From the NCBI RefSeq assembly GCF_036971445.1, contig NC_091477.1, positions 90,024,001 through 90,088,000 of the forward strand: 64,000 nucleotides of DNA, read 5' to 3'. The DNA is from Narcine bancroftii. Taxonomy: Eukaryota. The notes under the pieces are model-generated. The model was given only the letters and a program-made list of their open reading frames with translations, searched no databases and was not told where the DNA came from. The position numbers were made by a program, and so were the translations under genes. Shown here piece after piece: positions 1-43,608 of the stretch (positions are counted from its first letter, which is position 1; each line of letters opens with the position of its first letter).

Positions 1-860
1 CATGGCCTTCGACTTGTTGAACTGCTCCGTCTTCCCGGACGGGCAGATTAAACACAAGGTACTTACTCCGGAACGTCTTCCTCACACCTCCACCCGCGCA
101 GGCAGCGAGGCGAGCAGCGATCGGCAGGGCGAGGGAGAGAAGGGGGCGAGCTCGGCGGCCTGCGCCCTGCCCTCGGCCACTCTGCACGGGCCGAAGCGAA
201 ACCCAGAACGGCCTGCGGTTTCCCACCGTCTTGCCAATGCGCATGTCGGGAAATCCCCGGGTGGTTTTCTTCAAGCAGCGAATCGCCGCGGTTGCTGCGA
301 ACGTTTGCATCTGGAAGCCCCTGAACGGCCGCTGGTGGGGGATGCGAGTCAAAGCGATGCCGGGGGGCCGGTCTGGAGCACCCGATCACCGACGTTTCGG
401 GCTTGACCCCCTTCAACATGATAGGAAGAGAATCGGGGCACGTGCATTTTGTTCATCCCTTGAAGGGGGGGGGGGTGGGTCGAGACCGAAACGTCGGTGA
501 GCGGGTGCTCCAGAGAGTGCACCGGCCGGCCGCTTCTCCCCGGCATCGCGCTTACTTTCTGCAGACGTTGCCGTCCCCCCAGAGCTGGGAGCCCCAGTGC
601 GGTTCTCTGGGCGACGACTTCAAATAGTCCATCTGCTCGGAAGCCATTTGGGAGAAGTGGGCGGGGGGGGGGGGTTCATTTTAATCGCGACGTTAATACT
701 TTATAACGCACCTTGCAGCGTCTCAGGCCATTTTTGCCATTATTAGGAACGGGGACAAGAGGTGCAATAGGTTTGGGACGGGAACCAGCATTTTCACTTC
801 CGCGTTGGAAATTGGACCCGAGCCGTTTTCTTGCTTCCTGGCTTATTAAAGCGGTAACGT
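1..860 (-). promoter_or_regulatory. CpG island/promoter and probable non-coding 5' exons of the next minus-strand gene (TRIM59 expected by synteny)
   Basis: High GC/CpG. CCAAT boxes at 234-238 and 811-815, ETS CACTTCCG 795-802, YY1-like GCCATTTT 727-734. Minus-strand splice donors GTAAGT 61-66, GTAAGC 550-555, GTGCGT 706-711. Gene identity comes only from the vertebrate order TRIM59-KPNA4-ARL14. Confidence 0.6.
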
Positions 861-862
861 CG

Positions 863-1552
863 TGTGACGATTATGTGTAGATCTGTTTTGGGGCGAGATG
901 GTGGGGATTTTCGTGTAGGACACAAAAACTTGATCCGAGTTAAAGTGCAAGAGCTCTGCTCAAACCACACTCCGGCCCCAGTCCATTTGTAAAAAGGCTC
1001 CCAAATCAGTTTACATTCAGAGAGAGAAAGTGATTCTTTGGAGTTTTCTGCAGTGGCTGCTGGAAGCTGCAGCACAAATTGACAGCTGGTTCAAACCTCA
1101 TTTTGAAGGGTTGTGAGTTCTGTTGAAACCCCTGTGGTCCACGCAAGAGAAAACGGATGGCGAGAGTGTTTCACCTCAAATAAGGGAACTGGTGACCTGG
1201 ACCAAGGGGTTATCATTTGGAAAACCCTGATGGGGCAAGGTTCGATGGCAAGACACTGAAGTAAATCAATTTGTAGGTGTCCCAACAACTAACAAATCAC
1301 AGCATTAATCATTTAACCATTTCCACTCGACCCTGGTGAAAATTCATAAATGTTCAATTCTGTGCATAGTATAAAAATTGTAAACGGAGGAATTTTCTGA
1401 ACTTGTACACATTAACCCCCTAATTCTAAGTTAAAGTTCGATTTTTTAAAAAAACGGAACTTATGTTGAAAGAAAATTAAAAGTTACTTTTGTTTAACCA
1501 TTTGTCTTGGTGTATTTCTATTGCTGCTGGGTTTTGAAGTCCTCTGGTTATA
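863..1552 (+). mobile_element. Degenerate solo LTR, same family as 56412-57192
   Basis: Starts TGTGACGATTATG. Shares GAGCTCTGCTCAA and GCTGCTGGGTTTTG blocks with the reverse complement of 56412-57192 and with 40330-40404. 3' end eroded. Confidence 0.65.
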
Positions 1553-1949
1553 GATGCTGAAATCTTGAGCAAAGGTAAGCTGGAGAAAACCAACAGATGA
1601 GATGCGAATATCTGACACCACTGAGTTGTTTCACTAGGGACTGGCAGAATTTTTGTTAGCTCTCTGATGTCAGTGCTTGGTGCCAAAGTCCCACATACCT
1701 TCAAGTAGAAGGCAATTCAGATTTTAGGTTCTTGAATTTCCCACCCAACTTGTGTGCCAACCTAATGGTGGAATGACTTCAGATCTCAAATTCCAATCAA
1801 GTTGGTTTTGACTATTAATGACCTAGTTGTGCATCAAAATACAAGGCAGTATAAAAATTCAAGAGTCATTCTGGTATTAAAATATCACTTGTCTGACAAA
1901 GCAGTGTCTTACTCTTCTAAATTTAAACATTGTAAATTAAAAATTAGAA

Positions 1950-4900
1950 TCTAATGATTCACAAGTCCCTTTATTGTTCTAGATATGTACATGAACAAGC
2001 AATTGGTTTATTAATCTGTGTTGCTTCTAATGCATCAGAATCCTTTCTGAAAAGAAAATCAATGCTTAACACAGCTTTTCAAAAAGGGTCACAATACCTA
2101 ATAACCAAGGTGCAACTTCCCAGCTTTTTAATAGCTTGAGCAGTAAAAAAAAAACCATCAACTTTCTTGATTCCTGGGACATCCAGATTTCTGCATCTTA
2201 GCTCCACAATAACATTTAAAATTTTGAATTATACATAAAATTCCTGAGGCTTTCATTTTCCTATTGATGTGCATGACCAGGCATCAATCTCAAAATAAGG
2301 AAATGGAAATTAGAAAAAAGGGAGTTGGGAATCTGGATTTCTCTTTAAAAAGATAGTGCAGGAAGGTAGCACCAAAGTGGAAGACATGATCTTTCTGAAT
2401 GATAGTTCAAGTACAAAAGGCTAAAGAGCTGCACATTATTCTCCAATCTTACTTTCACATACAGGTTCCAAATACCTTGCTCTTTGCCTCAGACTCCTTG
2501 TTTCAGAGATTGCATCACACCCAGCAGTCAAGTCACCTGCCAATTTCAACTTTTGGAATTAACGTGCAAATGTCAAACATACCTGATCAATGCACATACA
2601 CAATTCTAGTAGGGCAATGCATCAGTCCCAAGTAGTCAGCAAGATTTCACATCTTAATAACTTGCAGTGGGCAGCTTAAAATGAATGTTCACTCCAACCC
2701 CATTGGGAATAATGTTGAATGCAAGGCCACAATCTTGGTGTCGCAATAACATATTACATGTTTGATTTGCATTCCACCTGCCAGAAATATTTTTCACTGG
2801 TACTTTTAAATTTAGACAAAACAGCATGGTAACAGACCATTTTAGTCCACAATTTACATCCAATTAACCAACACCCCTGGTGGGAGGAAACCAGAAGCAC
2901 CCCCACCCCCAGGAAAACCCACACAGACATGGTGAGAACGAACAAACTCCTTACAGACAGTGCAGGACTCGAACTCCAGGCCCAAATACTGGTGCTGTGA
3001 AGGTTTTGCACTTTTACACCAACTGTGCCACCTTCTGCTTGTTTTAGTGTACCACCTACAAAAATTACCACCTCCCAAACCTATGACCTATTTTACTTGA
3101 AATGTCAGGATAGGCTGGCACATTGACCGCTCATTTACAACAAAATTTTCAGAACTGCACACAAAATGACAACCTTTCAACAGCAACCAAGGATCGGCAA
3201 TAAATCCTGCTCTGACATGGTCATTCGCATCCCAGAGAAACAAATCCTGTGCCTTAAACCAAGTCACCATGTGTCGACCCTACCAAGTCAAATTCAAATC
3301 CAGTAAAATCTTCCAAGCAAATAAATGGTTGAGTATCCAGGCCAATCGAGGAAAGATTACCAACTCTGTGTAATGATCAGATGTCCTCTTAAATCAGAGA
3401 AATGTCAAGAATTATTTTTTTCGCAAGGTAGGTCAGGGTGAAGGCAACTCAACTTTTCTTGTATAACCTGGAACTAATTTTAAGTATATAGTCTTAACGC
3501 AAATACCTTATGCTATGAAAGATTTTTTTCCAATCCAGCAAAATACAGTTGCTGCACTCCAAGTGAGGGAGTGGGAGGGCTTTTGTCTCAGCAGTACTAA
3601 CTTCCATACCAAAAGCAGAGCTGAAAAGTTTGATGGTACTTATGGGCCATCATCTGTGTAGGTTGAAATAGGATCTTAAACAGCATGTTGCTCTCCAGCT
3701 GTTCTTGCAAACTTAGCAAGAGTGACCACTGTTAAGAATAGCTTGAAGATCAGTGCTGGAAAACTCTTGTGAAAACTACTGACAATGGGCACAGATTAAA
3801 AACATGCACAGGGCAAGAGAATATTTTGGGTCACAGTTCAGCTAGGAATTGAGGCAAATCCAAGTTTGGCAAAAAGAAAACCTTAGTTATTCTTTCCCAC
3901 TAAATCCCTCAAATCTCCACAAGAAATGTTTGGCCCTTCCTTTGGATCAAATACAATGGAAGGATCAAAATGTACCTTAAAATTCAGTGTTTTGCAAATT
4001 TAAACATGTGAATGGTAAACTTGCATGTCTGAGATTAATCAATGCTGAACTCCATTCAATTCATTCCTGTTACAACAAAATGATTTAATAGAATATCAGG
4101 CCACACAGAATCGTTTCAAAGTTTATTTTCTCTAAAACAGATTAGCCTACACTAATCGAAAACAGTGTAAGCAAGCCAACTTTCTGCTTGTTCCAATTTT
4201 TGTCCAGCTTTCAAAGCATTGAGTATGGATGACAAGGAATGCTTCATGGATAAACCAACTAATTTACAAAAGAAAAATCACAACTACATATTAATCCAGT
4301 CTACAATAGTCCAAAAAAATTTTTTTTAAACACAAAATAGGAATCAGGTAATTTTTCACAGTTCCCTTTAGTGACTATTACCATAAGTTTTAAATACAGC
4401 AACACTTGTTCATGCAACACTTGTGCTCTAAGGATGAAGGCACAGTATTTCCTACAATGAGCCATTTTACCAAGAGGGGAAGCATTTTATCAACCAATCA
4501 TTGAACCAAATAGTAGAGTGAACTACATCAAGGTATCATCTCCCTTCCAGATTCTCTTTATTCAACTTGTACGGTTGTTATTCGAGTCTCCTGAAACATA
4601 CTCTTTTTAAAGTGGCTCAGATGGTTCATGGCTTCTTGAACTAATTTTAAAAAACCCAAAAATATCAAACGTGCCAAGGGTAATTTTACATCTGATTAGT
4701 TGACCTACATACACTTCTTTCAATTACCCCTTTAGCAGAAAATAAGCAGCAAAACTAGTAACAACCAAAATATTTTAATTAGGAAGAATTACAGGAAAAT
4801 ATGAAATGAATGTTCATAAACAGCATTTACTCCAAAGGTTCTGTGCTATATTCTACACAGGAACTAAAATAAATCAGAAGTGGCCATCAGGTGCATGTCA

Positions 4901-5980
4901 TATGATTATCTCAGTCAACTTCATTTATCTAAGTTATGACTAATATTGATAGGCTCCACAATACTGCAGGTTTGAAGTTTCCAGGATTTAAATTATGGCA
5001 ACTTTTCTTCTTAAGCAGCAGAGCTTGTACATGTTCTATTTTCTCCTCTGCAAAATTTGTGCATGTGAGCAGCTTACTACCATTAATTTATTACTTTATT
5101 CATGATTTATGGAGAGCAACTCACAGCATTTTATTTTAACTGTTGCAATTGGAAAGCAAGGAACAATTCATACCTACAAGTACACAAGTTTTATAAACAT
5201 TAAAAAAATAGAATCGCCAAGGTGGGAATAAAACAAGCAAAATACTTATGCTGTAAGTTCAATCCAAATTGCTGCAGATAAATTATACAATGCACTGCTG
5301 CTAAATTGGTTAACTTCTCCAGTGTATGTTAAATATTAATAAAAACAAACTCATTTTGTTGTTTTTCTGGGTTTATTCATTAGCCGCTTGAAGGCAATCA
5401 AGTTTGCATGCGTTCACATACAACATCACGCCCATACATTTCTCTCTTCCACACATAACTCCACGATCAGGAGTTTATTTTCATGAGTGAATACAGAGCC
5501 CAAGATTTCAAGTAATGAACCTGGCTCCACAGCACTGAGTCCAGACATTCATACAGTGGGTCCATTCACACAGTGCTTCTTAGCAAGGCCTTGACTCGGT
5601 CTTCTGACTTGGTCGATGTCCCTTTCTTAGTTTATGAAGTTTGAAGTATCTTAAGTGCTTCATTCTTCTAATTATTGTAGATAACTGAATTTGATCTTGG
5701 TTTAGTTACTCTGTAGACATTGACCTCTGACTTTTTGCCCCCTTTCTTTAAACAACCTAAATAGCATTCACTGTGAAATTTTATAACAATTTACCACTCT
5801 CACGCGCACTCGCACCCACTCGCCAGCTTGACTTCATTTGGGCTTTTCTCGGATACCAAACGCAATCTGCAAAACAGCTCTCCGATTTAATGCAGCAGTG
5901 GACCCCATTCGAGTCAAGCATGATCGATTAAACCTTCTTTAGTGCTGCATTATTTCACTTGCTCCAGGAATTATGCCTTT
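1950..5980 (-). other. KPNA4: Probable long KPNA4 3' UTR with alternative poly(A) signals
   Basis: Follows the stop at 5981. Minus-strand AATAAA at e.g. 4122-4127 and 1970-1975; Pumilio element TGTACATA at 1984-1991 next to the distal signal. Extent is inferred. Confidence 0.5.
2810..3032 (-). mobile_element. tRNA-derived V-SINE (HE1-like)
   Basis: Minus strand has A-box-like GGTGGCACAGTTGG, B-box GAGTTCGAGTCC and V-core GTGTGGGTTTTCCT...GGTTTCCTCCCAC. Confidence 0.75.
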
Positions 5981-36111
<30,131 letters not shown>

Positions 36112-37063
36112 TGCCGAAGGCCCAAGAGAGACCGCACCGCACCCCTTCTTCTGGCAATCACTTCACAATTGAAGAGCCGGAGTGACCACAGACCCCAGCA
36201 ACCACCCTCTCTCCTCCCCACTTAGCCTTCTCTGGAATGAGGCAAAATGCCGGTAAAACGCTCAGCCTCGCTCTCGCCGCCACTGGCAACTCGCAATAAA
36301 GCGCCAGCTGATTGGTTCACTCCCGCATGCGACGAAAGGGGCGGGATCACAGCGTGAAGAGTGGGTCATCCCAGCGTAGGGGGCGCTGGCTTTGGCCGCC
36401 CCACCCGGCGTACGGCGCGCGGTGCGGTCTCTGCGATGTCGACTTTTCCGCCGGGCTGGGACTGCGTGCGCAGGCTGGGTGAAGCGGTTTTAATAAGGTG
36501 AACGACGTTGAGCTGCTAGGCCCGCGGCGAGTTTTTGATTGCTGCGTGTTGGAACGAAGCCAGTTTCTGGAAGCATTCATTTCCCAATTGCTGGGCTGTG
36601 CTCCAAGCTGGTCTTTTTGTTCTACGCGGGCCTGACTTCTCCAAAGCAATGTTCGGACATGAACATTTCTTTATTATTCATGCAACAGGTTGGAATGTTC
36701 ACATTTCTCCCGATTACAATCCATTTTCCCAACTTTCCATCCAACTACTTTGTCTTACCGATATCTTGCTGCAGTCTAGAACTTTTTTTTCCCCCAATCA
36801 TTTGCGAAACTATTGACAAACTATTCCATCGTGTTCGCTCCGTTCAAATCCAAGTCCGTGTCCCAAAAGGCAAGGCAAACAATCCTAGACTGACTGGAAC
36901 CTCCGACCCTCCTGCCATTAAAACTTTTGTCTCAGTGAGCCAACTTTTAATTAAACACCGATTGAATCAGGATTCATGGTCATAATCCAGTCATGAAATT
37001 TGGTGTTATGTGGCAGCATCATAGAGCAAATGTGCATATTTATCACCATCTTAGGACATGACT

Positions 37064-37551
37064 TTCATTGAAGCGACGTATCAAATCCACACTGCTGAAG
37101 ATCCAACTGAGCTGGGTAGGTCACGTCTCCAGAATGGAGGACCATCGCCTTCCCAAGATTGTGTTATATAGCGAGCTCTCCACTGGCCACCGTGACAGTG
37201 GTGCACCAAAGAAGAGGTACAAGGACTGCCTAAAGAAATCTCTTGGTGCCTGCCACATTGACCACCGCCAGTGGGCTGATATCGCCTCAAACCGTGCATC
37301 TTGGCACCTCACAGTTCGGCGGGCAGCAACCTCTTTTGAAGAAGACCGCAGAGCCCACCTCACTGACAAAAGACAAAGGAGGAAAAACCCAACACCCAAC
37401 CCCAACCAACCAATTTTCCGCTGCAACCGTGTCTGCCTGTCCCACATCGGACTTGTCAGCCACAAACGAGCCTGCAGCTGACGTGGACATTTACCCCTCC
37501 ATAAATCTTTGTCAGCAAAACCTAGCCAAAGAAAAAGAAAGAAGAAGAAAC
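37064..37551 (+). mobile_element. 5'-truncated RTE LINE
   Basis: Matches the 3' end of the 49415-53352 element. (GAA)-rich tail; 9-bp TSD GACATGACT at 37055-37063 and 37552-37560. Confidence 0.9.
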
Positions 37552-37560
37552 GACATGACT

Positions 37561-38790
37561 ATAAAATAATAATAGTGCGCGAAAAGTAAGGCAAGGTCTT
37601 TGGTTCATTGATTATCCAGGAATCTGATGGCAGCAGTGAAGAAGCTGTTCTTGTGCTGCTGAGCGTTCTAGGTTCCTGTACCTTTTCCCGATGGTAGCAG
37701 AGTGAAGAGGACACGGCTTGGGTGGTGGGGGTCTTTAAGGATAGAGGCGGCTTTTTTAAGGCGCCGCCTCATGTAGATGTCCTCGATGGAGTGAAGTCTG
37801 TGTGCCTGTGATGTCACAGACAGAGTTAACCACCCTCTGGAGTTTATTCTTGTCCTGAGAGTTGGCAAATCCATACCAGGCATTGATGCCATCAGACAGA
37901 ATGCTCTCCACAGTACACCAGTAGAAGTTCACGAGAGTCTTCAGTGACATACCAAACCGCCTCAGACACCTCACAATGTATAGCCACTGGTGAGCCTTCT
38001 TTGTGATTGTATTAACATTGAGGCTCCTGGACAGATCCTCAGAGATGTTGACACCCAGGAATTTGAAGTTCTTGACCCTCAATGAGGATTGGGTTGTGTT
38101 CCCCCGACTTCCTCCTGAAGTCCACGATCATTGTTTGCTAACATTGTGCACAAGGTTGTTATCATTACACCATTCAACGAGCTGATCTATCTCCCTCCTG
38201 TACAATTCCTCATTGCTGTTTGTGATTCTGCCGACGACTGTGGTGTCATCAGCAAACTTGTAGATGGCATTGGAATTGTTCCTGGCCATGCAATCATGGC
38301 CATATAATGAGGGCTAAGCACAGATCCTTGGGGTGTGCCTGTGTTGATGATCAGTGAGGAGGAGTCATTGTTTCCCTTTTGTACTGACTGATTTTCTGGT
38401 GAAAAAATCAAAGATCCAGTTATAGAATGGGGTACAGAGGGCTAGAGTTTGTAGCTTCTTGACCAGCACTAAGGGAATAATGGTATTGAAGGCCAAGGTG
38501 TAGTCTATGAAGAGCTATGAATTGCTGTTTTCGAGGTGATTCAGAGCTGAGTGGAGAACTAGTGATATTGCATCTGCTGTGGAGCGATTATGACAATAGG
38601 CGAATTGCAGTGGGTCCAGATCTTTACTTAGGTATGTGTTCATTTTGGCCATGACCAGCCTCTTGAAACTTTTCATCACAGTAGAAATTAGTGCTACTGG
38701 TCTGTAGTCGTTGGGTACTCTTCTTGGGTACTGGGATGATTGACATCCCTTTTGAAGCAGATGAAATCCTGAAACAACTGAGCTAACTTC
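37561..38790 (-). mobile_element. Rex1/Babar LINE RT and 3' region (3' UTR continues to ~36985 beyond the RTE insertion)
   Basis: [20 protein letters not shown]...[64 protein letters not shown]. Confidence 0.88.
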
Positions 38791-39669
38791 ATTATACAAT
38801 GAACTTTCTGAAAACTAATTTATGCTCTTGGAATTTTTGAATATTTTGCCATTAACCAACATCCGGCTGACTGGCCTTGAGTTTCTCAGAATATCGCCTT
38901 GTTCTTAAACAGTATCTTACAAGGAGCGTTCCTGTTCCCCAGCTTCACTCATCCAGTAAAAAAGGTTATTGTAAAATGATAAAAAACTGTACTATTACCT
39001 CTCTTTCATACTTATTATCGAGGCTGGAAAATGTATGCATGTTTGGAGGTGCTAGATTTTATGTCTATTTTCTGTATCTGTCATGTTTAATGTTATTCTT
39101 ACTTAAATTCAATGTCTTTATACCTCTCATGAAAACAATCAAAGTAAACTTCTAGTACTAAATATGTATGTCCCACCACTTCCAGGCTGACATTATGGTC
39201 ATACCAGTCATATACACGGTGTATATATGTGTGTGTGTATATCTAATATGTTTGATTGTATGTGTGTGTGCAATATTTATATACATATAATATATATACA
39301 TATATATACATATGTTACACTGCTTTTGCGAAAAAAGGGCAAAAATTGTGTTCGGCATTTGTTTTGCAGCAAGCTGTTCTCGAGGATCGATGCCTTCCAG
39401 ATTCTGTAAGTGAAATTACGCTATACGTACATATTTGTAGATTTGTCATATCATATCCTGCTTTTCCTGTATGTTAGTATTATTTTAGATTTCCTGTTAT
39501 TATGATTTGGTAGGTTTTTTTGGGTCTGGGGACACTCAAAAATTTTTACAATATAAATTAATGGTGATTGATTTTTTGCTTTGCACCTTTTCAGCTTACG
39601 ATAGGTTTCATAGAAACACTCTACTTCCATATATATATATATATTATTTTTTAATATGTGTGTGTGTTT

Positions 39670-40404
39670 TATAACCTCTTCTTCTGCAGGTCACCACAGA
39701 GTTCCTTTTATTTCCCTTATTTCAGGTGAAACACTCTAGCCAGCCATTTCTTCTTGTATGGACCACAAGGGTTTTTAACAGGCAGAGCAATCAGTGTGGG
39801 GACATTCCACGAGGGATGTCCCTGGGCTGTTAGCCCATGCTGGTTGTCCCAGCTGACAGCCAGCCATCCTAACTTGACAGCTCAAGGGACAGGAGCCGGA
39901 GTGCGCTGCTACCTGAACAGCAAATCAAATGGCTGGTTTCTCTTCTTCGGGCGCATTCTTAGTGGAGAATACACCTGAAGAAGCCTAATGAGACAGATTG
40001 GGGCACCGGACCCAAACTTTGAGTCCGTTGATCTGTTGCTTGCAAATCATTAATCCATTACTCCACAGCAGGTCCAGACAACACCTACTTGTGAAGTCTC
40101 TTTGAGCTCAGGTTCTTCTATTTTCACCTCCTTATGAAAACATCTGGCAAAGCAGTTGTTATTGCCTTTACAAAGGCACTGGGCCCTGGAGTGTCTGGCT
40201 TGCATTTTAAATGAGATTTGTATTGTGAAGTGTTTGTGTTTGTGACCTACACTGCTCCCACAATCTATCTCCTTCAAAAACATACAATATAAAATATGAT
40301 ATAATCTGTCACATAAAGAAAAATAAGAGCAACATTTGTTTGTAACTATTTGTCTTGGTGAATTTCTATTGCTGCTGGGTTTTGGGGTCCTCTGGGCTTG
40401 TTAT
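39670..40404. mobile_element. Rearranged LTR of the 56412-57192 family
   Basis: 39670-40313 matches 56653-57192; 40330-40404 is the other LTR end in the opposite orientation. Confidence 0.65.
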
Positions 40405-41269
40405 AAAACATAAATGTGTGTGTGTGTGTGTAGATTTTCGAATTCTGTTTGATTGGGAACATGCTTGATCTGAACCCTCATTGTTATCTTGAATTTCATC
40501 CATGCTCTGAAACTGATTTATCTGCTTGTTGATGTTTGAGTGTTTTTGCTAAATTTTATCTCAGCATTATAAAATTAATCTTATCCAATTTGAAGCTTTT
40601 TCTGCTGGTCTATCTTTGTCCTCCATAGCATTGCTTCCAAAGTGCTTCCCCACTGCCACTTTTCCCACTTTTCCATACTCATTCTCTAAAATCATGTTTT
40701 GTGCCACCTCCTCTCTTCCACTTTCTATATACTGATGGCAAGAAGTTCTGGAATGCATTTCAAAAATCTTACACCTTCCATACCCTTTACTGTTGTAGCT
40801 AATATTAGGGTGGCTGAAATCCCATGCTATTACTCCCTTGTTATTTTTGCTCTTCTCAGAAACTCTCTGCCTGTCTGCCAAAATTCTTCTTTTCCCCAGC
40901 TTTTTTTTTCTTCTTTGGGTGTTCATTAAATCAGCTATCCTCAACAGGGGCCCCAAGTGGGGGGGGGCAGCACATTTAGGTAAACATTTAGGTAAAAGTC
41001 TTGTTTTCTTTCACCTAAGGTAACATAAATATTTTTGAGGTTTTTTTTGTGAAGTTGGTAGGAGAGAAGTATGAAGAAGTCAGAATTTGACAGGTTCACA
41101 GGGAACAAGGCCCATAAACTTTAAGCAGAGTCCATAGCCCAAAAAAGGTTAACGGCTGCTTAAACCACTTCTTTGTGTCACTTTCTTGCCCATTTGAAAT
41201 TCTTGCCAAGTTTCCTTCCTATTGCCAAGCTGATGTAGATCCAATGGTACCAGCAAACCTCCTTTTTTT

Positions 41270-42560
41270 TGAATATTTTAATTTTGATTTTCCAAGACTC
41301 ACACAAATCCAAAACAACAGTACAATCTCAACATTCAAAGTCCATTTTTCCCCGGTCCAACCCCTCTCCCTTCCCTCTTATACCCTAATACAACAAGGAA
41401 AAGAATATGTAAATTAAACATGAAGAACCAATAATCTGTAGAGTCACAGACCTTTTATGGAACCAAATATAAACCCAGAGTAACAAAGTAAAATGAAGAA
41501 GATACGAAACAGGAGTATGTTGTCTGCACTCCGACCCACTTCATTTGTCTGAGTTATTTCACTATGAGAATGGATTTTTATCTTTCTTCTATTTGGAAGG
41601 GGTGAAGCTATATCTGTATACCTATATGCTACAGATAAGGCCACCATGCCCCAATGAATGTATCATATTTCCTCCTCAAATTGTACGTAATTTTCTCCAG
41701 GGAAATACAACTCTGCATTTCCGTATTCCATCTTGTAATATTTAGTTGGAAGTCAGACTTCCATGTGATCACTATACATTTCCTGGTTACCACCAAGGCG
41801 GCCTTCAAAACTGAATTTGGTAGTTAATTTAAAACTTACATTTGTGGTGGCTCACCACTAGGCAGGTGAACCGGCCCTGCTTGTAAGCCACACGGCGGGG
41901 CAGCTGACCAAAATGGCGCTTTCGGGGGTTTTCCCTTCCTTGAAGCACGGGACTCAGAAACCCGCACTGGGGGACCACGTGATGCCCGGGTGACGTCAGC
42001 GCCCTCCAGCACGGTTCTCATCCAGGTCCGGGCTGGGAGTGTAAGTGGAGCCCAGCAGCTTGCAATAAATTAGTCTGCTCACTGAGCTCAACCCGTCTGG
42101 TTGTGTGTGTTCCTTTAGGAGCAGGTGTAGCTTCCGCTACACGTTCATATTTCCCAGAAGGTACAATTCCAGATCCTGTGGAAAATCCACCTTTGTAATT
42201 TTTTTTTTCAGAATGTCCCCCAGGTCCTGCCAGAAGCTATCTCACCTTTGTACACAGCCAGTTTGAATGGATAAAGATTCCAATTTCCACACCACACCTA
42301 AAGCTCATTTACAAAATTTATGGTTTGGATTTGTGTAAATTTTGTGGTGTGAGAAATTATATTGCACCAATCTGTACCTGGCATTAATGACTGCTGTCAT
42401 GCTGACACGACAGAAGTCTGACCAGCACCACTCGTGGATTGTTGTGCCTAAGTCCGTCTCCCACCTTTTCCTTGCCTTATGTAGGCCCGCCTTCGGGCCC
42501 TCATTTTGGAATAGGTGATACATCATAGAAATGAACTTACACATATTCTCCCTTCGAATT
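41270..42560 (-). mobile_element. Fish-type L1 ORF2 3' fragment interrupted by a solo LTR
   Basis: RWETDLG...INARYRLVQYNF and WNTEMQSCISLEKITYNLRRKYDTFIGAWWPYL; T-rich tail near 41270. Confidence 0.75.
41843..42141 (+). mobile_element. Short solo LTR (Gypsy-like, 299 bp)
   Basis: TG...CA ends, AATAAA at ~42065, 4-bp TSD CATT/CGTT (one CpG transition), CpG-rich. Confidence 0.75.
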
Positions 42561-43608
42561 AGATTTTTTTTCCTTCTTGCTAAAGGGCTCCAGAGTTAGG
42601 ATTCACACAAGGCTGGCCATTTTGGACTTAAATGAAGAGAATTATTAGGAGGAGTCATGTGATGGAGTAGTGACTGATCGGGAAAACCAGCCCTCTCCAG
42701 GAAAATAGGAAAAAAGTTAGGAAAAAGCAAAGCATAACAAAACTAGAATTTCAGAAATAGAAGATAAAGATACAGAGAAGAGAAAGAAGATGGCTTCCAA
42801 AAAGGAAAAAAAGAAGTAAAAAAGTCACTGGAGAAGAAAGAAGAAGGCCTTACCTGCACGAAAGAACAGGACGCTGTGGTGACAAGGAGTGACTGACCCT
42901 CGAGTTCAGTGCCTGAACTTGCAGCCCACCAGCCGGTGCACTATAAAAATGGCTCTCGGAGCCAAACAAAAGTGCGCAACTGCGCAATCAAAGGAGAAAG
43001 AGGACACTTGTGGGAGGGGGTCTCAGCAGAGGAGCGGGCTGTCACAGAGTGAGCAGCTGAGGGACGCTCGACACCAGGGCTCTAAGCTGGAGGGCAAGGA
43101 ACAACAGACGAGCAGCATAGGAGGGGAGGACCAACAGCAAGAAGAGGCCCAGCAAGAAGAGGCCTGACAAAGAGGTACAAGCAGCTCATCAGGAAAAACA
43201 GAGGAGACACAGACACAAAGAAGAGGACACAAATACAGATACAGACACAGAAGAAGAGGAAGAAGAAGATCAAGATCTTTACAGAGAAATAGAAGGTAAA
43301 ACTGATGGACAAAGAGAAATAAAAGATAAAACTGATGAACAGAATATAGATAAAGTCTTTTTTGAAGAACAAATGAGATCAGTAAAAGAATGGTCGTCAT
43401 TAGAGTTTAATGCTTCTTTGGCTTGGCTTCGCGGACGAAGATTTATGGAGGGGTAAATGTCCACGTCAGCTGCAGGCTCGTTTGTGGCTGACAAGTCCAA
43501 TGCGGGACAGGCAGACACGGTTGCAGGGGAAAATTGGTTGGTTGGGGTTGGGTGTTGAGTTTTTCCTCCTTTGTCTTTTGTCAGTGAGGTGGGCTCTGCA
43601 GTCTTCTT

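Noticed and set aside
2-706. Overlapping ORFs of 65-134 aa in the left CpG island
   Set aside because: Stop-poor GC-rich sequence with no recognisable domain.
2810-3032. tRNA gene
   Set aside because: The A/B boxes are followed by the V-SINE core, so this is a SINE head rather than a cloverleaf.
36347-36985. ORFs upstream of KPNA4 suggesting a divergent gene
   Set aside because: No homology, codon bias or convincing exon structure; they run into TE sequence.
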